From the IMG/VR virus record IMGVR_UViG_3300031576_000019, positions 26,774 through 90,773 of that record: a stretch of DNA of 64,000 nucleotides; one strand, given 5' to 3'. The notes under the pieces were generated by a model. That model did no database searches. It was not told where the DNA came from and worked only from the letters and a program-made list of their open reading frames with translations. Positions 51,001 through 58,555 of the stretch are shown piece by piece. Every line of letters begins with the position of its first letter. Within the stretch, counting starts at the first letter, position 1. Origin of the DNA: a virus. A program made the translations under genes and the position numbers.

Positions 51001-53364
51001 TGTACCCTTTGAGCCATACATTTCTGCCACAGAAGCGCGATGCTTCTGTACCAGTTCAATGGGCACTTCCTGACCCGTCGCCTTGAGCATCAACATCTCC
51101 AAGGCGCTGGTAGCATAAGTGGAACTGTCATTTTCCAGGCCAACAAAACCATCGTCATTGGCCAAGTCTTTTCCCATCCCGCCTCCCAAGGCATAGCGCA
51201 GGTTGCGAACAGATGGCAAGGGGAGAGATTGTTTCACACCGTTCTCAGTATAGGTCATCATAAGTGGCGACCGCGCCTGATGGCGCATGTCAGCCTTGCT
51301 TGCCCCGTTCATCTCTCCCAGAAAGCCCATGGCCGATTCAAGACCATCCAGGAATTCATGTGGCGTAGGAGTTCCCGATCCAGCGTGTCCCTGTAAGGCA
51401 CTGGACAGAGCGGCCTCTGGTAGTTGGGAGGCGTCTAAATCAATCCCGCGCCGAGGCGTGATATTGGGAGCACCGGACATGACTGCCCCAGCGTTGATGA
51501 TCTCGCCGTAAATATCCTGCTTGCCTATACTCTGGCGACTCAGTTGAGAAAATGAACGCGGGTCAGTCTTTGCCATACGCATGGCAACTTCCATTGACAC
51601 CTTTCCGGTTGACCATGGCCAAGCACCAGAACGTGAAAGGGTCTTGGCAAATGGCATTGACATGACCTGTTGACCAGCCGCATTAGTCTTAGCTGAGTTA
51701 CTAATGATGTAGCGTGCCGCCTGTTGAATAGCGGGCAAGTTGGATTCCGTCCATTGGGGAGCTCCGGTCGAGGGATCAATGAGCGCGGCTAGGGCCGGAT
51801 GGTCCCACCCCTCGCGTGCGCCAAAGCCCTCAATCATTGACTGAACACCTGCCAGTGGATTCTTGAAAAAGTCATTGGGTGAAACAGCAAAACCTTGGAA
51901 GCCCCGAGGAGCAAATCCATAGTTTTGTTCGTGGTGTGCCACAAAGACCTTGCTCCCCTCGTGGAACAAGCCATAGTTCCCCTCACCCACTCGTTGTCGG
52001 ACAGCGGTTTCGAGGAAGTCGCGCATCCCACCTTCAATCCGCCGAGTGGCGCCCACCTGTGTCTCATCCCAACTACCCGTACTTCGCCCAAAATGTGGAA
52101 CAGGTGTATCTCGGCCCCCGACTGTGCCCCGCCAGAAACGCTCATTCTTGAATTGGCCCGCCATCCCGTGTGTGCGCCACGCCGTCTGCCGTTCAAGCGA
52201 AACCTGCTGGCCAACCGAAACACCCATACCCGCGGGCATGGATGGATCAAACAGAATGTTGAAGACCTGCGCTTGTCGACCAGTAACGGGTGAACCATCC
52301 GGCGCATATTCCACAATTCGCGTATTGATTTCAGGAACGCTCAGCCTCCCGCCCGTCATACCTCGACCCACATCCCGGTAGCCCGAGACTTGCATGTGTT
52401 TCATCATCTTCATCTCATCACCGGGCTTCTTGTAATTCAGATAACTCACTCGCCCCCTTGAATCCCGCGATGACATCATCCCCTGATAAGTCATTTGCCC
52501 GGTATCAAATCCGTAGACATCATTTGGGTTCCGTGTCCCAAGTGGCGAGCCATCGGAAGATGCGAACTGACCACTCAGATCAGGATTGACCAAGTTTCGC
52601 TTATTGAAGATGCGGTCATTAGGATTTTGGGTTTCGGGGAAGAATTGGGTTGAAGCGATACGCCCCAGTCGGTAGTTACTTTGTGGGGTAAAGGGGTCAA
52701 CATATTGGCCCTCACGCTGTCCAGCCACAAATCGTGGGCCACTCTCTGTCTGACCTGGAGTAGACATCGCCTTGTAGTGTGCGCCCACATCTCTTAATAC
52801 CAGCCGACGCAGAGTATCGTACTGTGTCTCGCCAGGCTCGGATACGATTGATCTTCCGCCTAAATGTAGCCCGCCCGTCGAATCGCGCCAGAGACGCATA
52901 TCCATTCGGTTCTGGCCAGCGATGTTGACCGTTGCATACGCATCCCCGCCCATGGATTTTTGAGGTGGCAAACGCAGGGAAACATCTGCGCTTGGAAACT
53001 TTGCGCGTAAGTCGGCTTCAAGTTTTCGCACCAAGTCGTTGGTGCTGGTCGGCTTGTAACGGTCACTTGTAGACGGGAAAGCATCAAAGCCTGTATCAGC
53101 ATCATCAGGCTCAAGCATCCCCTCATCTTGAATGGGCTGGAAACGAAAAGGGACTTGTGGAATGCGAGATTGCTGAACTCGTGGTGATTGCTCGTACCCC
53201 CCATAATGCGCGTCCGTAGACAACCGCGAGTTAAGGCTTTGGTAGACGGCATCGTAGAGAGTTGGCGGTACCTCACCACGCTCAAAAAGTTCGGCCAGCT
53301 CAGAAAATGCGGTTGTAGGGTTTTGGGCGAGATGCGCTGTCAGACGCTCGGTTGTCCAAGACAT
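45001..53364 (-). CDS. Tape-measure protein with a putative N-terminal two-barrel RNA polymerase domain
   Basis: Follows the tail chaperones. Has Gly-rich hydrophobic segments, 18-aa (W/Y)Q..DF repeats and a C-terminal VGEYEDEYVSIYPL. WRNP...NIGDFDPD at 50802-50677. Confidence 0.8.
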   Translation of the reverse strand: MSWTTERLTAHLAQNPTTAFSELAELFERGEVPPTLYDAVYQSLNSRLSTDAHYGGYEQSPRVQQSRIPQVPFRFQPIQDEGMLEPDDADTGFDAFPSTSDRYKPTSTNDLVRKLEADLRAKFPSADVSLRLPPQKSMGGDAYATVNIAGQNRMDMRLWRDSTGGLHLGGRSIVSEPGETQYDTLRRLVLRDVGAHYKAMSTPGQTESGPRFVAGQREGQYVDPFTPQSNYRLGRIASTQFFPETQNPNDRIFNKRNLVNPDLSGQFASSDGSPLGTRNPNDVYGFDTGQMTYQGMMSSRDSRGRVSYLNYKKPGDEMKMMKHMQVSGYRDVGRGMTGGRLSVPEINTRIVEYAPDGSPVTGRQAQVFNILFDPSMPAGMGVSVGQQVSLERQTAWRTHGMAGQFKNERFWRGTVGGRDTPVPHFGRSTGSWDETQVGATRRIEGGMRDFLETAVRQRVGEGNYGLFHEGSKVFVAHHEQNYGFAPRGFQGFAVSPNDFFKNPLAGVQSMIEGFGAREGWDHPALAALIDPSTGAPQWTESNLPAIQQAARYIISNSAKTNAAGQQVMSMPFAKTLSRSGAWPWSTGKVSMEVAMRMAKTDPRSFSQLSRQSIGKQDIYGEIINAGAVMSGAPNITPRRGIDLDASQLPEAALSSALQGHAGSGTPTPHEFLDGLESAMGFLGEMNGASKADMRHQARSPLMMTYTENGVKQSLPLPSVRNLRYALGGGMGKDLANDDGFVGLENDSSTYATSALEMLMLKATGQEVPIELVQKHRASVAEMYGSKGTHKALTSFYPRNATGGPVSALPGVQDVPINEMRLGDAQLMRMFKVRTPPELLALKSYLRENNVGAYTWRNPNISDANLLNLRVTPSNLPDGILLNKEVQSINIGDFDPDASGISGIGALSVQRTGRAFVVRANGIRPGMSSDEVVNRQKLMDEKFSGLGTQEINKWAKDAREWGFDKSTGKYDFERLKTSMLGMVDKLGTFGHTTPEAVQKALAETLEYKAGMGKEFNFGRVLSVLSGGQDQFNQVVLPAYQKMLDSEAFSGAFEKLVAVRDRMQPATAGVAPKPGEKVSGIMTKAAGGGRNAGMTDALTALMTAPEFSDASALVPLVINDPQKQAFLRTQLAKAQGMDASKKAGWIANSMGIVLGRDPWGEAGQLGTLPTAIKAMAAARWKIEKAPLGDKDADWAEFGMRLHETVRFYSGKPEPGENRIDLPNTLANMIVAPQAEDFLQRFGRLTGMAINPRATGDYPVKGETMFGHNTLATWAKKLNFAIPKLSNASLGNPDNLLLAKIMPTEAKHLRNLEKMSPDEARRMVSEAEKKVGGGAERFRQGQSFINPALYDPTDPNFIPKVAQATASYSKYAMKEQAEQNALNEMNLGPQQTTRMIQALKSLTETGDFSTMDLMGMRGAEGSFARDSVPLKAFDKIRGALQAPGRLSEPSVMGSLKNIVSSIDPWKLSDDSGEKAWFLEHGPEALGDTEESVKKSFADYRAGKAGGGPGGAKTAKMTLAQAGEAFAKADMGGMIKESTELTATFRNMRETGERLNYVQARQLKYQDRLVDLTEKQGKFLEKHGVGVGVMADVAGGNLDFSKDAYPSAAKAIEMRLGAVSPQVAEKYREMEMERRQLFLGATTGTRSDASSLERFAKRLSDAGILSGEAVSQAEAMSDRSPLAQLNRTSQALMSAQYLPWTMQQVTAPALEALSGQSQSNTRIGQALAGLGFGGTGLATSRYAGQFAQAQAGVQYAMANTWGDVVSGVSGMGGNNMASVIGGVLGPGVGMGIATGMLTAPILGPLAIPAGVIAGGVTSSIGAMSAASHYVKSPKDFNEMLYNTYGGDKGIGQLSLGDALGGGVVGQWLFSQSAGAQQMVGEETQVAAGMSQFDLAGMSYEDRARYMRQRAVTGVGGYESTMARLGVDEDVAVGISTRLARAQNYMQGPDAWRGPGKGGEESPVEFWKGTEEKILRAMQAGVDPEQFAEQLQAGLGGSMDTAYQKSYAALEKYTPEQMRAASRGLGMENLLAMEGQEVNFDRAIRSGELAGRDKFIHGLVESIFGQLEEGLAGGFKWSGITEFTKQADLGTAEGDATAYGLGRQGMVQRGRFESIRSMLEGQGLANVDNFSNLLAEDPQRAGRFGQLFQASALDLGGAGAKSYALAMSGASSYQRSLGENVRGRLGQFMGEQGAADLAVAMRNATPQEALIAQGVLSGNANAMSMAGAQMGGPGSWVTNQTGGRTGSAGMSLFTNSILSAGGQVSPLIAGSFKNFSAPVQAALVGQGKPNAVGQTYGGMWGLQDYMSDLSYQSQAASSGISARGVKIGMAFTTGQGLGAYAGSAVYKPGEALPWSINGGTASAIQEGRGMWALQDESTQLQRTQAQGNLAFSQRGLEMRGRQFQAGWDFNRAQAVTQQGWQQEDFSFRGQQVNLQRGYQLEDFSFGRMQSAQSRNWQSQDFAFQRGQNQQHFGWAMEDIDEDIRFSTGRDRRQLERQKKRTTLDHNAEETQQNKVESRQRKLWKDEDDRYKTETVRAAEQFKTQVERLAVEQNRSEEMFKLSMQRMDMEKGNFYENQALESDRIAAQRGWLAESEAIEDEQRNLERTHWKLQQENQLAGIGSGLHYAKLMKDAQAAATELGRKQGENEAGLRYMMDTSAKFYNGVGDWLWNMFQWLGNASLEDAANVAHPPNYVPPATGGSSNSGGEEAIPVASGRQFLATKNQLLRVGEYEDEYVSIYPLNSQPPDLPRPGSSKLEGNGGYGDVYVILDGDQIAARIERRQAKTLRRQSAL

Positions 53365-53416
53365 ACAGATACAACCTCTCAAAAGAGGGGGATGGGGTGA
53401 ACATATCCTTTGTAAT

Positions 53417-53464
53417 CTCTGTTTGCTATCTGTTTCATTAGGAGTAAAATATGAACATGGAAAC
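53417..53464. repeat. 48-bp perfect direct repeat, copy 2
   Basis: Identical to 44269-44316. Confidence 0.95.
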
Positions 53465-53576
53465 TACGTTGCCCGAAATGATTGCCATCGCAATATGTTT
53501 CGGGTTTGTGTGGGTGATCGTGATGGGAATCCTGGCTATCCTGATGGCCCTTGTCGGAAAGGTCATCAATGGCTAG
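53451..53576 (+). CDS. 41-aa single-TM peptide (type I toxin-like), copy 2
   Basis: MNMETTLPEMIAIAICFGFVWVIVMGILAILMALVGKVING; same RBS as copy 1. Confidence 0.7.
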   Translation: MNMETTLPEMIAIAICFGFVWVIVMGILAILMALVGKVING

Positions 53577-53725
53577 AACTCTCGTTACGCTTACCAAAGA
53601 TTTGGCACAACAGCGCCATTCTCCTCCAACTTGGAGGAGATGAGAGGTTGCTATTCTTTTGAGGGCCAATCTAATCTTCGGGGAAATTCGCCAAAATGCT
53701 TCTTGGCACGCTTGGAAACAATCTC

Positions 53726-53753
53726 AAACAGGGGTTATTCACCCCTGTTTATT
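53726..53753 (+). terminator. Hairpin, probable terminator of the antisense peptide transcript
   Basis: aaacagggg-ttattca-cccctgttt followed by att. Confidence 0.55.
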
Positions 53754-54007
53754 CAATTGGCGTTGTGCTTTGGAAAACTCCATTACATTCATAAATGCAA
53801 TCAAGCATACCATTTGCATATAGAACTGGTCATTTAGCCCGCCACTCTCGGGTAGCGTGTGAAATTTCTCAACCTGTTCAGCGAGCGCCCACAGGGACGG
53901 GAAGGGGATTTTAGGGAGAGGGCCAACATTCTCTTGGAAGCGGCCAAGTTCAGCGGTGTATCGAAGCACCTCGTCCTGAATATGCTCGGTAATCTCCCCG
54001 ATTATTT
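53739..54007 (-). CDS. Tail assembly chaperone extension (gpT-like, -1 frame)
   Basis: Lies in the -1 frame relative to 54002-54430 and has no good start of its own; LPESGGLNDQ motif. Confidence 0.6.
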
Positions 54008-54430
54008 TCCACCGTCTGGCCCCCACTGAAGGTTGACTTCCACCACCTTCTCGTGGATTTCGTTGGCAACTTCAGGAGGAAGCAGGCCCCAAGCTTTGGC
54101 AAACGCCAATGAGTTCATCGCCAGACGCTTGGTGTTGTTGGAGTTGGTGGCAAACTTGAACAGCGGTTCACCATCTGGGCCTTCAATGTTGCAATCCGCA
54201 ATGGTCAGCTCGACTTCGGTGCGCCGAACCTCCTCCATTGAGACTTTCTGTTTCAATTCAAACTGGTCATTGCCCTCCGTCCACACCCGTGAGGCTTCGG
54301 CGAAGAGTTCACCGCGCTTTTCGTGTTGTGCTTGGCGGGCCTGACGAATAGTGACAAAGGCTTCACCAGTGGGGTCAGCCTTTATTAGTTTGAGGACTTT
54401 CTCGGTGGGAAGGTCAATCTTGAGTGCCAT
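54002..54430 (-). CDS. Tail assembly chaperone (gpG-like)
   Basis: Between the tail tube and tape-measure genes; AGGAG RBS. Confidence 0.7.
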   Translation of the reverse strand: MALKIDLPTEKVLKLIKADPTGEAFVTIRQARQAQHEKRGELFAEASRVWTEGNDQFELKQKVSMEEVRRTEVELTIADCNIEGPDGEPLFKFATNSNNTKRLAMNSLAFAKAWGLLPPEVANEIHEKVVEVNLQWGPDGGK

Positions 54431-54461
54431 TGTAGCGTCTCCTATGAAATATGGACATAGT

Positions 54462-54491
54462 AACGTGGGGGAGTCTAGACTCCCCCACGTT
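54462..54491. terminator. 30-bp perfect palindrome after the tail tube gene
   Basis: aacgtgggggagtct|agactcccccacgtt; no long U-run on the - strand. Confidence 0.5.
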
Positions 54492-54503
54492 CTTTAGAAC
54501 AAG

Positions 54504-55847
54504 CTAGTAAGCAGCGTACTCATTCACCCAGGTCAGGCTGGCATAGTCACCAGTGGCAGGCAGAACCGCTTGACCCTGCAGTTGGAGCGATAAGAAACCA
54601 CCGCCTTCTAGTTGAGGTGAGCTTTGCGGAGTCCAAGTGACGGCCGAGGCCAGCATCTGGAGTGAATACGGAATGGTGCCCGCAGTCGTCGGGACATTCT
54701 TGGGAGCCAGAAGTTTTACGTCCAGGTCCGTCTCAAACGGCGCAGGGTCCCAGACCGTGCCAGAACCCATCATCAACTTCTTGTACAGGGCCTTGTCATT
54801 CCACTTAAGCGTGGCTTGTAGTGTCAGTGAGCGTGACAACACCGCAAAATCATCGGGAAAGGGTGACCCGATAATCATTTCTTGTTGCGGGCTAGTGGTG
54901 TTATTGGCGAATGTCCAAGTCAGGTTGAGAATGGGCAAAGCACTAGCTGAGTAGTTCGGCAGTTTAATGTAACCATTGGCGACACACGAGAGCGGCACGC
55001 TCTTGTAGTCTTCGAGTCCCCCCAGCCACGTCCAGGAAGTAAGCGTGGCACCTTCCTCCCAAACAGGTTCACGGCCCGTCACATCTACACGGGCCGAGAT
55101 AATGCCGTTCTGAGGAGCGTTGATCCGCAGGCCGTTCAACCGACAGTCTTTCCCAATCTCACCAAGGCCATTTGTGGCATCATTGGGTGGCAACAGCTTG
55201 CGAACAGAAATCCAAGGGATGTCGTCGGTCAGGGTGTTGAACTTGGCGACATGACTGTTGCTTTGGTAGAAACCAGTCGTAAAACTGCCTGAGCCAGTTG
55301 CGGCGGAGGTCACGTTGATACCGGTGACGGTCTTGTACTCTTTGACGGAGAGTTTCACGCCACCGGCCACCGTCAGCGTAAAACCCGCCTCGGTGATAAC
55401 CGCATCCGAATCGTCGGTGCCCGAGATGGTAAATGTCACCGTTCCGGTGAAGCCAGTAGGGGTAAACAGAATACGTCGCGCGCTGGGCGGTACAGTGAAG
55501 CCAGTCGTTGTATTCGCCACCACGACCGCATCAATGGCGGCATGGATTCCCGCCGCGCTGATAGCGCCCGGTGTAGTCACCACCTGACCCATAGTGGCTT
55601 TGAACAACCAGCCAAGATCGCCCTGCAGGCGCGGTTGGATAGTGGCTCCGCCTGCGACAAACGCGCCACCCTTATATTGGCCGGTCGGAATAATTGCTCC
55701 GCCAACCTCCAAGGGAAAATTCTTCATATCCTGCACTGGGCCAAAGTCGATTTGGGATGCCATGTGCCGATACCAGGAAGTGGCGAGGGTGCCTTTGGCG
55801 GATTGCATTCCAAAGCCCCACATGCCAGATTGAGCTGTTTGAGTCAT
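54504..55847 (-). CDS. Major tail tube protein
   Basis: Position, beta-rich composition and strong AAGGAG RBS. Confidence 0.7.
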   Translation of the reverse strand: MTQTAQSGMWGFGMQSAKGTLATSWYRHMASQIDFGPVQDMKNFPLEVGGAIIPTGQYKGGAFVAGGATIQPRLQGDLGWLFKATMGQVVTTPGAISAAGIHAAIDAVVVANTTTGFTVPPSARRILFTPTGFTGTVTFTISGTDDSDAVITEAGFTLTVAGGVKLSVKEYKTVTGINVTSAATGSGSFTTGFYQSNSHVAKFNTLTDDIPWISVRKLLPPNDATNGLGEIGKDCRLNGLRINAPQNGIISARVDVTGREPVWEEGATLTSWTWLGGLEDYKSVPLSCVANGYIKLPNYSASALPILNLTWTFANNTTSPQQEMIIGSPFPDDFAVLSRSLTLQATLKWNDKALYKKLMMGSGTVWDPAPFETDLDVKLLAPKNVPTTAGTIPYSLQMLASAVTWTPQSSPQLEGGGFLSLQLQGQAVLPATGDYASLTWVNEYAAY

Positions 55848-55908
55848 TGAGAAAACTCCTTGCTAAGAGTGAACATGCGAAGCGGTTCACATTCTTAGCC
55901 GTAAAAAA

Positions 55909-56460
55909 CTAGGGATTTTGATGGGTCTGAACCTGATAACGCATGTGTCCACGCCAGATATGGGCGCTTGGCCCGCCACCCTCAATCATACGACTGGTGA
56001 CATTGACGACCTGAATGGCTGTCTCACCAAAGGAATCGGTTAGGGCCAGGACACGCGGTGACTTTCGCATGGCATGTTGAATCCGGGAGGCTGTGACCAT
56101 TGCAATCTCGCGCGCACGCACCTGGTCCTCTTTGGTCTTGATACCAAAGTAGGCCCAATCTACGGTCCCGCGCCGCCACCACGACTCGCCCCCACCAATT
56201 TCGTAGGGTTGAGTGCGAATGGCCCAGACAGCGATGGCGGGACGGATGTTGACCGCAACGTTAGCGTCTTCCCAGTCCTCGGGTGCTTGTGGATCGCCAA
56301 TGTTCACGGTGACCGAGATGCGAAGTTTCACAGGGTTATCGAGCAGTTTCCCGCCCTTCACCACCGAGATTTCTTCATCATCCGCCAAGGCGGCGACCGC
56401 TTCCTGGATGTCCAGCACGAAAGCCTCAACAATAAGCGAGGGCAGGGCCTGTTCGTCCAT
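55909..56460 (-). CDS. Tail completion/terminator protein
   Basis: Synteny. Confidence 0.5.
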   Translation of the reverse strand: MDEQALPSLIVEAFVLDIQEAVAALADDEEISVVKGGKLLDNPVKLRISVTVNIGDPQAPEDWEDANVAVNIRPAIAVWAIRTQPYEIGGGESWWRRGTVDWAYFGIKTKEDQVRAREIAMVTASRIQHAMRKSPRVLALTDSFGETAIQVVNVTSRMIEGGGPSAHIWRGHMRYQVQTHQNP

Positions 56461-56465
56461 CTAGC

Positions 56466-57134
56466 CTAGCCCTCCCAACCCGAGCGGTCCTGAGGAGAAT
56501 ACTCGCTCATCTTGCTGTCATAGCGTTTGAAGCAGTAGCCGGAAAACTCCAACAGCGGGTTGTCGGTAGGCTTACCAAGGTCAGACCTGATCTTGTATTG
56601 GCCCAGCACCGAGGCTTGATAGGCCGGCTTGGCCGCGAGCAAATGGAGCATGTACCACTTGAGCGGCTCCTCCATCCAGCGATCCACCGCCAGCACATCC
56701 TCCTCCCGCTCAACGCGACTCCAGTAACCCCAATAGCGGATGTCCACTGTGTAGGTTGCCGGAATCTTGGACGGGAAGTTGAGTTGGGAAGTTGGCCAGC
56801 GATAGTATGGGTACTGACCGGACACGGTAGTGGTCGGCAGACTTTCGCCAGGCCCCAAGACCACCTTTACGGCTCCAACGATACTGATTGTATCGTTGAT
56901 GGTGATTGGGCCAAGGTCCACCACATCATCGGGAAGTTGAAGTATGGTGGCCTCGGTCGTTAGGGTCGTTGAAAAGACCTTTTCTTGGGCAGTGTGGGCC
57001 GTAATGTTAATCAGAGCGTCATTGATGGCATCCAGCAAATCGTCATCACTAAAGGAAACCTTAGTGAGATCGGTCCGGATGTTGTCATCCAACACCCGGA
57101 GCACGCGATTACGCAGGTTCAGCCAGCTAATCAT
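56466..57134 (-). CDS. Head-tail adaptor protein
   Basis: LRNRVLRVLDD...FSDDDLLDAINDAL pattern; follows the capsid gene. Confidence 0.65.
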   Translation of the reverse strand: MISWLNLRNRVLRVLDDNIRTDLTKVSFSDDDLLDAINDALINITAHTAQEKVFSTTLTTEATILQLPDDVVDLGPITINDTISIVGAVKVVLGPGESLPTTTVSGQYPYYRWPTSQLNFPSKIPATYTVDIRYWGYWSRVEREEDVLAVDRWMEEPLKWYMLHLLAAKPAYQASVLGQYKIRSDLGKPTDNPLLEFSGYCFKRYDSKMSEYSPQDRSGWEG

Positions 57135-57137
57135 TGG

Positions 57138-58541
57138 CTAGGGGGCAATCACGCCACCCGGTTTGGGCAGGCTCACGGCGAAGAAATACAGCATGAACAT
57201 GTTTGGTTCCGCCATATTCACGCCAATCAGTTCGTCGTAAGTGAAGCGCCAGACGGACTCGAAGTCGTCCACTGGCTTTGGCTCGTAGAGTTTCAGCGGC
57301 TCCAGGACCTTGCCCTTCACCCCACCACGCGAACCCAACACCAGGGCGAACCCAATGTGCTTGCCGCGTGTGACGTAGGCATACAGGGTCTTGTCCACGT
57401 TGCCGGTCACCGACTTGCCATTGAACGCGGCAGTATAGGGAATGCTCACCGGTCGGTCAAAGGAAATGGTGTTGTTGGTGGCGTCCACCGCCACAATGCG
57501 CCGGACGATGGTACGGCCATCAAAGGGATCAACACCACCGGTCACACCATAAGCCGCCGAAGTCTTGGTATGAATGGTCACAAAATCATTGATGTTGTAA
57601 TCATTCGTCGCAAAATCTTCCAGTTTCAGGTAGTGGGTGACGGCTTTCTGACCGACTTTCCACACACCGTCCACCAGAGTCGTGACCGGATCGGGCGCAC
57701 CGTCACCCACATTGATGGGCTCAATGACACCGAACTGCTTGGTAATCGCTCCACAGTTGTAGAGCACATTTGGGTTGATGCCGAACTTGTCCGAGGGAGC
57801 CGCGACAAAGCGGATACCCTTGAAGGTACCAATTTCATTGCGAATGGCTTGCCCGGCATAAATCTGCGCGTCGCGCCACATCGAGGCCTCGTTCTGTGAG
57901 GCGGTGGCAATGGTTGCAAACAGATCATAGGCCGCGCCCGGCGGGATGATGGCCACCTTGGCGCTCGCCTGGTCACCTGGAATCACCGGTGAACCCGTAT
58001 TGCCCAACACAAAGTTGAACAAGTTCACTTTGTCCAGCTCAAACTTGGCGGTAACGGTCGCAAAGTCGGTAGCCACCCCGGAGTAAATCCAGTAGTTCTT
58101 GGGGCCTTTGAACCACACATTTCTCGACAAGGCTTCGTGTAAGCGCACAATATGGTCACCCAGAACTTCGCGCATCATGGGCTTCCAGTCGTTCCCGCCA
58201 CTCAGCTTCCATTGCTGAAAGTAGCTGGACGACTTGTGGACTTGCACTTTCCCGCCGTAGCGGTCCACCGCAAACTGACGCGACCGGCTATCGGGCACAT
58301 AAGCCGCGTCAATGTAGTTGGCCGTCAACGGGATCGGATTGTGATCCACATCACCCTCAAACAGCTCAAACTCGGTGATGTCCTGAGTGCGGAACTGCGA
58401 GATGTCGGCATCCCAATCCACCAGGGGCGTATAGAGCGAGATGCGCCGGAAGGCAAGCGCCACCTCGGGGTGGTATACCGCCCACTTGTTTTGGTCAATC
58501 ACCCCAATGGGGTTGAGGTCGTAAAATTGTTCGAGAGACAT
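57138..58541 (-). CDS. Major capsid protein
   Basis: Size, synteny, strong RBS and EIGTFKGIRFV (HK97-fold-like). Confidence 0.75.
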   Translation of the reverse strand: MSLEQFYDLNPIGVIDQNKWAVYHPEVALAFRRISLYTPLVDWDADISQFRTQDITEFELFEGDVDHNPIPLTANYIDAAYVPDSRSRQFAVDRYGGKVQVHKSSSYFQQWKLSGGNDWKPMMREVLGDHIVRLHEALSRNVWFKGPKNYWIYSGVATDFATVTAKFELDKVNLFNFVLGNTGSPVIPGDQASAKVAIIPPGAAYDLFATIATASQNEASMWRDAQIYAGQAIRNEIGTFKGIRFVAAPSDKFGINPNVLYNCGAITKQFGVIEPINVGDGAPDPVTTLVDGVWKVGQKAVTHYLKLEDFATNDYNINDFVTIHTKTSAAYGVTGGVDPFDGRTIVRRIVAVDATNNTISFDRPVSIPYTAAFNGKSVTGNVDKTLYAYVTRGKHIGFALVLGSRGGVKGKVLEPLKLYEPKPVDDFESVWRFTYDELIGVNMAEPNMFMLYFFAVSLPKPGGVIAP

Positions 58542-58555
58542 TGAAAGTGCTCCTT

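Noticed and set aside
44269-53464. 48-bp repeat as attL/attR or a DGR template/variable pair
   Set aside because: It is perfectly identical and contains an RBS and start codon. Serine-integrase att sites do not need long identity. There is no reverse transcriptase and no adenine-specific mismatch pattern.
56985-57899. Long + strand ORFs in the late region (also 47329-48159 and 62553-63539)
   Set aside because: Antisense shadows of the capsid, tape-measure and repeat genes, with no RBS or motifs.
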